Origin: Emiliania huxleyi CCMP1516
Lineage: Eukaryota
Assembly (NCBI RefSeq): GCF_000372725.1
Contig: NW_005202176.1
Span: forward strand, 380,188-444,187
Direction: 5' to 3'
Length of the DNA stretch: 64,000 bases
Shown: positions 11,114 to 22,493 of the stretch, in pieces
Position numbering within the stretch: position 1 is the first letter of the stretch
Layout: the number at the start of each line of letters is the position of its first letter
The notes under the pieces: model-generated
What the model saw: the letters and a program-made list of their open reading frames with translations, nothing else
What the model was told of the DNA's origin: nothing
The model's database searches: none
Program-made: the position numbers and the translations under genes

Positions 11114-11377
11114 AGCGACTGAGCGTCTCGCTGGCGGACGGGGAGAGAGGAACACAAAGGGACGTCCGGACGTCCATCGGATGGACCATGTTGGTCCATC
11201 CACTGGGATGAGAATACTGGAGATCTGAGGTCGAATCTGCCGATTCCACAGCCGCCCACAGGAGCGCCGCCTCAACACGGGGTCTCGGCTCTATCGAGCC
11301 ATGCTAGCTCCAGCCGCAGCCCCACCCGGCCGCCCGAGGGTGTTCCCGCAGGCAGAGAAGACCAATCCTGGAGGAAG
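11114..11377. repeat. Copy 2 of the ~240-bp direct repeat, with a 22-nt palindromic insertion
   Basis: Matches 7216-7457, plus an extra GGATGGACCA-TGT-TGGTCCATCC hairpin near 11179-11201. Confidence 0.9.
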
Positions 11378-11656
11378 TAACCGCGCGTGCAAAAGAGCCT
11401 GAAAACAACGAAGCACCTCCCGAGCGAGACCTGAGATATCAGATGATGGACACGGGCTATCGCATCTTCACCACTATCCACTCGCTCAGCAGAGAGCAGT
11501 CGCACTCGGAGCGTCCTCACTCCTCTCGCTTGCGAGCGGGGGGGGCGCCGTGGTCCGGCAGGTCCACAACCGACACGAGTGCACACGCTGGAGCTCGGAC
11601 ACAAGTGCACGTGGCCCGCATGTTTGTGCCCGATCGCGCGACTCCCTGCCCGCCCC

Positions 11657-13701
11657 TCACTCAGCCGCCTCGCAGCTCCACAAGGGCTGCCTGGCGGCCT
11701 CGCGCGACCGCGCCGTGTAGACGCTCTCATAGACGGTCAGCCGGGAGCCATCCGCGTGCGCCACCGCCTCCTGGAGAGGGGAGAGGGGGCGGCAGGGAGG
11801 AAGGAGGGCGAGGGAGTGTGGAGCGTCCAGGGCGGGGGCTGGCTCGAGAGGGTGGGGCCAGCCGGAGAGGGCGGGGCTGGCTCGAGAGGGGAGGGCTGGA
11901 GGGACGGCGGAGTCGCCTTCCCTCGCAGGTTGACAAAGAGGCAGGCGTCGACCGGGCAAGTCGGCCCCTGCATCGGGTCGTTCATCGCGCCCCACCGCGC
12001 GCGCGGCTCGCCGGCCAAGCTCATGTCCCCCGTCGGCTGCAGCTCCGCGGACACACGCTGCGCGTCGGCGCCGCCCGCGCCGGCGGCGCACGAGTAGCGC
12101 TTGCCGCGCAGCCGCTTGATGAGCGGGTTCTTGCGCGCCTCCTGCTCGAACCCGTTGGCAAGACTTATTGATGAATTAGTCATGACTAAGTATCAATTAA
12201 TGAAAGCCTCCTGCTCGAACCCGTTGGCAAGACTTGTAAATTCATCATTCATAATAATTCATTTAGATCTAATTAAAGCCTCCTGCTCGAACCCGTTGGC
12301 GTGCCGCGAGAACCAGTCCAGCCTGCGGCGGCCGTAGAGCGTCTGCACCACCTGCCCGCCCTCGCCCCCGGCAGGCTGCTTGGACGGCCAGCTCGGGATG
12401 GAACCCATCGCCTCGTTCCATGCGTTGAGCAGCCAGACGCCGGCCGCGTTCGCGCCCGGCGGCGGCTGCGGCAGCGGGTAGGCCGGCGAGATTTGGTTGA
12501 AGTGGCGCTTGTCGAGGGACCACTCGCCGATGTTCCACGGCTGGCAGGGCGTGCCGTCGAGCATGTACTCAAACTGGTACGTGTAGTGGAAGATGTAGAA
12601 GCGCCCTGCGGCAAACTCGGCCAGCTGGGCCTCGGTCGAGAGTGCGCCCGGCTCGACCTGGAACTCTTCGACGAGCCGGTGGACGATGCCCTCCGAGGCG
12701 GCGGCGATCGAGTAGCCCCACATCTCCTGCACCCAGCCCTGGATCACCCTCTCCGCCTCGGAGTTGGAGCGGAGCCCCAGCGAGAAGTCGAGCCACTTCT
12801 GGTAGACGCGGCGCAGCTGGTCGAGGTGGATGAGGAGAGGCGACGGGCCGACGGGCTGCACGCTCTTGTACGACCCTCCGGGCCAGTACTTCTCGACCAC
12901 CCACTGCTGCGACGGCTGCGGAAACATGTACCCAAACACAAAGGCCGCCGGCTTCTCCGGAGTGGCGAGGTTCGGGATGGGGCGCATGATGACGTGGTCC
13001 GTCTCGAGGATGAGCACATAGTCACTCGTCTTTCGGATCTCTGCGAGGAGGGTCGTGCTCTCCATCAGCTGCTTGACCGAGTTTGGCCTGTTGAGGACGC
13101 CAAAGTGGAAGTGCGACGCCAGCACCTGCGCGCTCAGCTCCACCGTGAAGAGCGTCGGGATCTCGCCTTCGAGCCCGTCGGGCCGCCCGCCGGCCGTCGC
13201 GCACAGCCGCGTGAAGGCCGCCATGTCGGTGCACTTGCCGCCGGCCGCGGAGGCCTTCTTCCAATGGTGGTACATGATGCGCGCCTGCCACTGCTGATAG
13301 ACCGACCCCGTCGCCGTCAGCACGGTGTGGTAGGGACGCCGCCCAGGGCAGCCGTCGTCGGCAGCGGCGGCGGCGGTGGCGGCGGCGGTGGCGGCGGTGG
13401 CGGCGGTGGCGGCGGGCGCCGGCAAGACCGCGGCAGCGGCGGGCGTCGCCGTGGCTGCGACTTTGGGCCGGAGCGATGCGTCCGCTCGCAGCTGCTCCAC
13501 CGCGGCCAAAAGCCGATCCAGCCGCTCCTCTGCCCGCTGGCTCGACGCCGCCATCTGCCGGAGGGCCGTCATCTGATGCTCGGTGCGCGCAGCCGCTTCG
13601 GTCCGCTCGGCCATCGACGCCTGCGCCGAGGTCATCGAGCCGAGCGAAACGAGCGCAGCGCACAGAATCAGCGCCAGCAGGGCGCCCTGCAGCGAGTTCA
13701 T
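11657..13701 (-). CDS. Hydroxyproline O-arabinosyltransferase (HPAT/GT95)-like type II membrane glycosyltransferase; exons ~13701-12280, 12138-11917, 11770-11657
   Basis: N-terminal TM helix, then YQQWQARIMY, FTRL, LNRP, ETDH, PVGPSP, GWVQEMWGYSIAAA, IFHYTY and WSLDKR motifs typical of HPAT. Two GC-AG introns restore the frame. Confidence 0.85.
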
Positions 13702-14061
13702 GACTTGGGGCGGATTTCGCGGCGCCAGAGAAGAATTCTTGCGGAACAAGCCTCTCTCACAGCACACTGGCACGACAAGGGCGCGGACTGGCGCGGACTG
13801 GCACACACACAGGCTCACCACCGGAGCCGCCTAAGCCAGAGAAGAATCTTACTGTCGGAGAAGAATTTCGCGTGTCCGAGGAATCCCTGGGACCCTGTCG
13901 TGTGGGTGAACCCTGCCCAGCCCCCCTCCGTGTCGCGATGCGCTCCCCGCTCCCGTTCCCCTGTGTCCCTGATCGTCCTTACAAGATCCTGCTCGTGCAG
14001 GTGGGGACCCTGTCCTTCTCCCACCCCTCGTTTGGCGTGCCCGTTTTATTTATTTATTTAT

Positions 14062-14128
14062 AGATATTTTGACGGATGACCGAAAATGGGCAAAAACGGG
14101 GTGATTTCGGTCATCCGTCAAAATATCT
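14062..14128. repeat. Perfect 24-bp inverted repeat with 19-nt loop
   Basis: AGATATTTTGACGGATGACCGAAA (14062-14085) pairs with TTTCGGTCATCCGTCAAAATATCT (14105-14128). Confidence 0.9.
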
Positions 14129-14855
14129 GAAGATCCTACTATAGGATTCTCCCCAAACCTTGCTCAGCTGATCCAGCACGGGTCGTAGGCCAGGCCTGGG
14201 CAAAGAAACCAGTACCTCATCAGGCTTCCCTGAGCGTCACAGCTCGGTGATCGTGCCGGCCGGACACCACTGTAACGTCCGTTCCGGGCATTTGAACGCG
14301 ACCCTCGAGGGCAAAGACATGGGCTCTATGGCTCAGATTGGACTCCTCTTGGTCCCTTCTGATGCCCTAGGCCACACCTGGGCCTTACCTGGGGCTCTAG
14401 GGGGTGGGCAGGGTTTGCCCCCCGAAACTGGCCAGGAGGACCTTAACTGCAGAACGCCGCCCCTCTACTCGGAGCTAGTGATACGAGAATACGCACCACG
14501 CCCACGCAATACTACTCGACGATAATACAAGAATACGCAGCTTGCAGACGCCTATAAAGAAACAGCGAGGTAAAGTTCGGCGGCTACGATAAACCGAAAG
14601 TTGTCGTAAAACGCGGGCAAAAGCAAAGCAGAGGGGAGAGGGGGGACGAGCACTGCTTCGCCTTCGGCAGCGTGCACCTCGATCCTGTACCGTGTTTGTT
14701 ATGACCCCCCCCAATGAACATACCAGTGAGGGAGGGCGAGACGATCGAGGGGTCCCGTACCATGCGGAATCGACCCTATCCAGTGCTCAAGTGCTCAAGC
14801 AGAGGGCGGGCGCTTTTGCCGCAGCGATAACCGCCGCCGCTGAACCTTCTTTCTA

Positions 14856-15368
14856 GACGGCTAGGATTGAGAGCAGCCTCGCTCTCAATCCGAGAAGTCG
14901 AAGGATTGTGAGCAGCACTCCTCGCAATCGTAGCATCTCTGTGCGATTGTGAGCGCCTACGCTCGCAATCCTACATCTTCTAGGACTAAGAGCAGCTCCG
15001 CTCCCAAGGTGACTGGTGACGCCTACGACTACTACCAGCGCGCTCGCAATCCGAGCAAAGTCTAGGGTTGCGAGCAGCACTGCTCACAATCCTAGCAACA
15101 TGCCTCCGATTGCGAGCAGTAGCGCTCGCAATCCTACATCTTGTATGTAGGACTATGAGCGGCTCCGCTCACAATCGTACCAAAGATCCTCACAATCCAA
15201 ACAGTGATCCCACCGATTGCGAGGGGACCCGCTCGCAATCCTAGAAGATGTAGGATTGCGAGCGTAGGCGCTCACAATCGCACAGAGATGCTACGATTGC
15301 GAGGAGTGCTGCTCACAATCCTTCGACTTCTAGGATTGAGAGCGAGGCTGCTCTCAATCCTAGCCGTC
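14856..15368. mobile_element. MITE/foldback element with ~130-bp TIRs, probable TA target-site duplication
   Basis: GACGGCTAGGATTGAGAGC... pairs with ...GCTCTCAATCCTAGCCGTC, and TA lies on both sides. The interior is built from GATTGYGAGC/GCTCRCAATC subrepeats. Confidence 0.85.
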
Positions 15369-15985
15369 TAGAAAAGCAGGTTCACCCCCGCAGCCTGTCG
15401 AGCAACTTCCGCGGCGCCCATGCGCCGCCGGCCATCATCATGCGCGTAAAGAAAGGTGCAAAGTAACGGCCGCGTTGCGAGAAGTTTCTGATAGCAATCA
15501 GGGTCCGCACGCGACCTTTCGTTGTTGGCGCGTCTACAATCGGGGCAGTCCGGAGGGGAACGCGGATGTCGCGGCCTCCGCCACGGGCGCGCCGCGGCTC
15601 GCATGTCCAAGGATTGTCACAGGAGGACGAGCGCACCTCCGCTCCACCAGCAATGCGCCGCCCGAAGCCACGCAGGCTTTCCAAGGATGACATAGTTGCC
15701 GGCGTGCGCGGCATCATGGGCTTGGCGCTTGGCGGGGGCGCGCGGGCGCGCCCCCAGCTCCGCACAGCAGCCAGCACGAGATGACTGTCGCGTGTCGGAC
15801 GACGGACGGCGTTCCAAGACATGCGCTCGAGCACATGCGCTTTTGGCCGGTGGCCCTTTTGGACAAAAAAACCTAGCCGTCGCGGCTAGGACCGCGCATG
15901 CAGGCGCGCACGGTGACACGTGGCGTGACGTGGCGTACACCGAGTGAGAGAAGTAGAGTGATGAGGTTGCACGTGGAAGCGCATC

Positions 15986-16540
15986 TCACGTCTCGTCCTT
16001 GGCGCTTCTCTGCGCTGTCCTCCGTTTCGCCCTTTCCCCTCTCGGACGGCTGCCTCCGGAGGCCTCTGCCGGCGCTTTGCCCACCTCCCACCCGTCAGCG
16101 AGCGCGTCGCTGCCGTCCCACGCGTCGACCGCCCTCGCCCACTCCAGCACAGCAGCCTCGTTCGGCGGGCCTGCGTACTCCAGCACACGCTTGCCAGGCG
16201 GAGCGTTGCGGAAGAAGGCCTTCAGCATCGGCCGGCCCGCTTCGACGCCCTTGGCAAAGCCGCCGCCCGTGTCGGTCGCATCAGGCTCGAGGCTCAGGCG
16301 GGCAAACTCGAGCCCGGGCACTCGCTCGGCCACGGACGCCAGCGTCGGCGAGAAGCTCTCGGCGCGATGGCAGCCTCTAGTGTGGAGCAGGAGCACCACC
16401 TTCTCGTTCTTCATCACGAGCTCTTTCGTGGCCGCCATGTCAATCGCCGCGAGGCTCGAGGGCTGAGACGTGTGCGGCTCATCGCCGAGCGTGGTCGCGG
16501 CGGCGAGCGATAGCACGATCCTCTGTAGGCGGCGAGCCAT
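15986..16540 (-). CDS. Secretory-pathway thioredoxin/PDI-fold protein with CxxA motif and KDEL-like C-terminus (KDET)
   Basis: Signal-like N-terminus, then VVLLLHTRGCHRAESFSPTLASVA...FARL...PMLKAFF...EYAGP, which follows the thioredoxin fold pattern. Confidence 0.55.
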   Translation of the reverse strand: MARRLQRIVLSLAAATTLGDEPHTSQPSSLAAIDMAATKELVMKNEKVVLLLHTRGCHRAESFSPTLASVAERVPGLEFARLSLEPDATDTGGGFAKGVEAGRPMLKAFFRNAPPGKRVLEYAGPPNEAAVLEWARAVDAWDGSDALADGWEVGKAPAEASGGSRPRGERAKRRTAQRSAKDET

Positions 16541-16774
16541 TCGCTTCTATAGGGGCACTCAGGGTGCGGTGTGTGGTCGAGACCGGCGTGCGGCGGGCAC
16601 GCTTTATCGCGCAGAGCTTGTCGCTATGCCAAGCTGCCTGGGTGAAGAATTCGAGGTCCGAGCGCCTCTCACAGCAGAGCTGGCTCGGACTGGGTGGAAG
16701 AAATCGGCCTTACACGTGGCGAGGAAGTGTGCATCACTATTGCTCTCTAGAAAAGAATATTTCCTGACAGCATC

Positions 16775-17096
<322 letters not shown>

Positions 17097-17394
17097 CGGC
17101 ACGCACGCGGCACGCGGCACACGGAAGATGCTAGGGCACGGGCGCGACGGGAAAGCCTCCATCCAGTATTGAGAAAGAATAAATCCAGTATTGATTTAGT
17201 CAGGTATACGAGCCTGACACCGGGGACCAGGCAGCGGTGCCGAGGTTTCTTGGCTGTTGGCGGGGGGGGCCTGACACCAGGCAGCGGTGCCGAGGTTTCG
17301 GCCTGTTGGGGGGGGGGGGGGGGGGTTGCTCACATCTCTCCGGCTCGAACGGGGCGGGAAGCAGCCAGCCAACGACATCTCAGCGACATCCGAC

Positions 17395-19909
17395 ATGTCG
17401 ATGCTCACCCCCAACGCTTGCATCGACATGTGCTACGGCGAGAAGCCGACGCGACCGGTGGTTCAGCTCGTGGACGTGCGGCTGCAGGGCAAGAACAACA
17501 AGTGCGCCGGCACCGCCTCTCACTCAACCCGAGCGCCACCACTGCGCCGGCGGCGCAAAGGACCCGCACCTCCGACTCACACGTGCCCCGCTCGTGCGCA
17601 GGGGCGTGATGTCGGACGGTGAGACCACCTTCTTCGCCGTCTTCAACTCCGCCGTCGCCAAGATGTTTCGCTCCGAGAGCAACCCTGACGGCCAGGCGCG
17701 GCTCTCACCTGCCGGCCGCACTCGTAATACATGTCACCTCCCACCCACCCCGCCGACGTCCTCGCCGCGAGCCGCCACCCGCTGCCGCGCACGCATCGCC
17801 ATCCCACTGCCCGCTGCCTGGCTCCACGCGCCGCTCCCGCCACCGCCAGCCTCGCCTCACTGGGCCGGCCGCTCCCTGCCGCCCGAAGGTCGAGCTCTAC
17901 TCTGCCGTGCGGCTCACCGACTACACGATCTCGACGATCTCTGCCGAGACGCGCGTCGCCATCGTGATGGGCATGGAGATGAACGAGAGCCAGCCCGAGG
18001 GCAAGATCGGCGATCCCGTCTCGGCCAAGGACAAGGCAAGATCGACTCGCCCACCCGCGCCCACCCGCCTCCCTGCACACCGCCTCCCTCCCTCTCCTCT
18101 TCGCTCTCCGCTGCCTCTCCGCTGCCTGCCACCTCCTCCACCCCCCCCCCCCTCCCCCTCCCCTCCCCCTCCTCCCCCTCCCCACTCCGCTCGCCCCCCT
18201 CGCCCCCCCTCCCTGCAGGGCAAGCCCGAGCCGGCAGAGCTCCCGGCCGCGACGCCGTCCAAGGGCCCTTCGCCCGGCGGCCACTCCAACACCACGCCGG
18301 AGTCGTCGCAGCAGAGCCGCGTTGCCCCCGCCGGCTTCGCGCCCAAGCCGGCGGCGCGCGCGAGCGAGCCCGCGGCGCCCGGCCGGCCGACCCCGATCGA
18401 GGCGCTCAACCCCTACTCTCGCACGTGGACCGTCCGCGCAAAGGTGACGGAGAACGGCGAGCTGCGCTCAATCACGACCAAGGCGGGCGAGACGATGTCC
18501 GTGTGGGAGATGGTCATCGCGGACGAGTCGGGCGAGATCAAGTGCACCGCGTGGCGCGCGGACGCGGAGCGCTTCGCGCGCATCGCCGAGCTGGGGAGCA
18601 CCTACCTCGTCTCGCGCGGCCAGATCAAGATTGCAAACAAGCGGTACTCGTCGACGGCAAACAACTACGAGATCACGCTCGGAGCCGACTCGGCGATGGT
18701 CAAGCAGGACGTCGAGCTCAAGACCTTCACGCCGACGTACCACTTCGACTTCACGCCGATCGCCGACCTCTCCGCCAAGCCCGCCAACTCGACCGTCGAC
18801 GTGATTGGCTCTGTGACTGAGGTTGGGCCGGTGCAGAACATCGTCTCCAAGGCGGGCAGGGAGCTCGTCAAGCGCGTCATCAACCTGAGCGACGACTCGA
18901 ACGCGGCCATCGAGGTGACGCTGTGGGGGAAGAGCGCCGAGACCTTCGCCGAGGACGCCGCCGCCACCGCCGCGGTCGTCGCCTTCAAGGGGCTCGTCGT
19001 GTCCGAGTGGAACACGCGCTCGCTCGGCGCCGTCCGCTCGACAAAGATCCAGATGGACCCCGACCTGCCGCAGGCGAAGCGGGTCAAGGCGTGGGCCGAC
19101 ACGGGCGCCGCCTCGGCAGCCACGTCGCTCTCCATCAACACCAGCGGCGGCGGCAGCGGCGGCGGCGGCGCCTCGATGGCGGACGATCTGGTAGCTCCGC
19201 CGCTCGCGCCGTGACCGCCCCCCTCGCCCGCCCGCTCACCTCCTGCCCCGCCTCGGCTCCTCAGGCGGAGCTCCTCGGCTTGCCGCCGTCCAAGATCCCG
19301 GAGAAGGGTGCGTACGCCACCGTGGGAGGCTACATCTCGCGGATTCTCACCTCGAAGGGCGGCGGCGGCGGCGGGCCCGCCGAGGAGAGGCCGATCTGGT
19401 ACTCGGCGTGCCCGAAGTGCAACAAGAAGGCGATCGGCGAGTACGGCGCCGGCTGGAGCTGCGAGTCGTGCGGCTGGTCGGGCGACGCGTGCACGCACCG
19501 GTACATCGTCGCCGTGCAGCTGATTGACGCGTCCGGCACGTCCTACGCCACCGCCTACCAGGAGCAGGCCATCGCCATCTTCGGCAAGACCGCAGACGAG
19601 CTCAAGGCGATCAAGGACGCGGACCAGAGCGCGTTCGAGGCGGAGTGCAGCTCGGTGCTCTTCAAGCGGCGCACCTTCCGCCTCAGGGCAAAGATCGAGA
19701 CGTACCAGGGCGTCGACCGCACAAAAGTGGGCGTCGTCAACTCGACGCCCACAACGCCGATCACCGAGGGGAAGCGCATGCTCGCCGACATCATGAAGTA
19801 CGACCTGCCAGAGCCGCCCGCCCCCGAGCCGTCAGCTACGCCCGACGAGCCCATGCCGCAAGCGGCCGCCGACGGCGAGGCTGCGGAGCCGGCCGCCGTA
19901 GAGGCTTGA
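17395..19909 (+). CDS. RPA1: Replication protein A 70-kDa subunit; exons ~17395-17501, 17602-17695, 17889-18035, 18219-19190, 19265-19909
   Basis: PIEALNPY..WTVRAKVT, DESGEIKCTAW, VDVIG, IEVTLWG, YSACPKCNKK...CESC zinc ribbon, and FRLRAKIETY. Two GT-AG and two GC-AG introns give a continuous frame. Confidence 0.93.
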
Positions 19910-20657
19910 TGCCGCCGACAGGCCGGCTCAGCACACTTATTAGCTGCCGCAGGGAGGACTGCGGCAGGGGCGTGAGCGTGAGAACCCTCACACCCCGCGC
20001 TCTCGCGTTGCGTACTGTACTCTGTTGGCGGCGTGTCCGTGCGCGCGACACATCGCATTTTCGCCCGGTCTTAACATGCATGCAGATATGTTGTAATTCA
20101 AGTATGAAAAAAAACTGTTCAGTTTTCAAAGGCAAAACACGACTCTCTGCGGTTGGTGTGTAATTCAAGTATGAAGTTCGTACCCTCACTTCCGCTCTCG
20201 ACAGTCGAGGGGGAAAACTGCCGTGCAGGCCAGGCACCAGGCATGGGATGGCCGCAGGAGAGCGGGGGGGAGAGACTGCGATCTCGGATCTGCGCGCAGC
20301 CCGCCCGCCAGTCGGGAGTCGCCAGGCGCCACCGCCAGCCGGCGCGCGGCGGGGAGTCCCATGTGCTCCCATCACTTCCGTCTTGTGACCGCGAGGAAAA
20401 TTCGTTTTGCGCGGCCGGATAAGGGTCCAGCTCGCGGCCGCTGCTTTGATGTTCAACACACTTCAGCCGCCCCCCGCGCCCCGGCCCCCGCGACTCGTAT
20501 TTACTGAGTCGTGAGTCTGGCTCTTGACTTCGCCACCGCCCGACACCGTACGTACGACTCATTCTCCCTGGCAGCTTGCTTATTCGTGCTTGGGGTGTCA
20601 CTCCAACTCCCAAGACCAAGGCGCAAGCTGGTGCGCTCCTCCTCTTCTTATCGACCC

Positions 20658-21381
20658 TTAGTCAACCTTGCTCGCTCGGACGCTCGCACGACTCATGGCG
20701 ATGATCGATGCGACGCCGCGGGCGGATGCCTCGCTCTCGACGCCTGCCCTCGCCTGCGCCTCGCGTGCGGCTTCGGCCCAGTCGACCCTGCTCACTGCCC
20801 ACGCCAAGACGACCACCTTGAAGACTTCGCCGGCCAGGTCGGACCACCAAAAGCCAGGCAGTCCCCACCCCCATTGGATGGGCATGAGGTAGGCCAGCGG
20901 GATGAAGATTGCCCACGACGCGATGTTGTTCGCGATCAAGTTGATGTTCGCCTCCCGCGGACCTGATGGTTTGCGGCGGCGGGCCTGTCAGAAGGCAATG
21001 ACACGGCGATCGGCACGCACTCACAAAAGGGAACCGAGCGAGACGCTCACGACGGTCAGCAGGAAGCGGAGGTAGACGAAGGAGACGGTCACAACAAAGA
21101 CGGCGAGGATCGAGTTGCACAGCTCGATGAGCTCTGCGTCCGTCGTCCAGATGCGCCACACCTCGTCGTGGAAGAGGAGCAGGACTACCGCCACGAGCAC
21201 CGCTCCGAGCATGAGGGTCACCGAGCCAATCTATGACGGGTCGGTGACTTCACGCGCAGCGGTGAAGGCAAGCACAGGACGGGGTGGATGTGAGAGGAGG
21301 GCGCATGCCTTGAGGATTCGCTTGGCCGCCTCTGGCTTCCCTTCGCCCAAATAGCGCGCGAGACGGATTTGCGTCGCCGTG
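20658..21381 (-). pseudogene. MATE-family transporter, 3' portion only (exons ~21381-21309, 21230-21035, 20962-20658)
   Basis: ATQIRLARYLGEGKPEAAKR, IWTTDAELIELC, NNIASWAIFIPLAY...GWGLPGFW and VDWAEAAREAQAR fit a MATE C-terminal half. No N-terminal exons were found upstream. Confidence 0.7.
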
Positions 21382-22493
21382 GAGAGGCGCGGGGCCCCCA
21401 GAGGGTGTCCATGCGGGGGGGAGATGGGTTCCCACGGCCCGCCGCAGGCGCCGATTTTTTCGGCATTTTTTCTTTTTTCGCCATTTTTACTTGTTTTCAT
21501 GGGAATTCGGCGTACTTGCGGCCATGCTATCACGCCTTGCGACAGCCTGTCGGCGCAGCTGACCGTGCCATGATGCACAATTGATCACCTGCATAGCTCG
21601 CGGCCTTAGTATCAAGCATTCAGTGACGACCTGATCCTACGACCAGTAGGAAGGTGTCCTTCCATCGTGTGCACGCTTCTGGCGCAATGCGCGTCGCCTC
21701 GGATTGGCTGCTGGCACTCTCGAGGCTATGCCTACACAGCCTCGCGCGCATGGGCAGTCAGGAGGGACCACGCACCTTCACAGGACAGCGCCGGTGCCTC
21801 TCTCTTGGACTGGCAAACTTGGTGGTCTCGTGTCACCAATGTGGGACCAGTGCGGCATCGCGCCATCGACAGCTCTGAACTGCGCCTCACCACTGACCGG
21901 GAAGGCCGCCAAGTGGGCCAGCACAGGTCGCATATTGTGGCAGCAGTCAGCAGTGCATGTCTGATAGCTAGAGCTGCAGCGTCAGGGTCGCAGGGTCGGA
22001 TCGTGTCAAGCCTCTCGCCCGGCCAGCCGCGTGCAGACGTCGGCCTGTCTGCTGTCTGGAGTGATCTGTCGGCGGTCAGAACGACCGATTAGGTTACAGT
22101 TATCTGATGGTTGGAGGGTCTATCTGTATGTACTCCTCGAGATCTCTCCGAATCTGCCCTCTACTTAACCGTACTTAATCGGGAAGTCGGTGCTCATAGA
22201 GACTCATAGAGCCGGGGCCCCGTTTCCGCACTGCGGCGCGGCGCACGGTGCCTCCGGGGGCCCCCGCGCCGGCCCAGAGGCAGGCGTGTGAGGAACAAGA
22301 GCCCCGGGCCCCCCGCGTTTCCGTTTGCTGCGGGGGTGAGTCGCGCAGGCCGCCAGCCGGGGCGGGCGGGGCATCGTTGGTGCATCGTACGGCCGTAGGG
22401 AGACGTAAGAGGAAGAGAGAGCGCTCATGAATCGTAACGCACTTGCTACCCTACCAAACTCGGTCCCGAATCCAGTCCTCTCCTCACGCGATC

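Noticed and set aside
12301..14079. 592-aa plus-strand ORF
   Set aside because: Antisense shadow of the HPAT-like gene.
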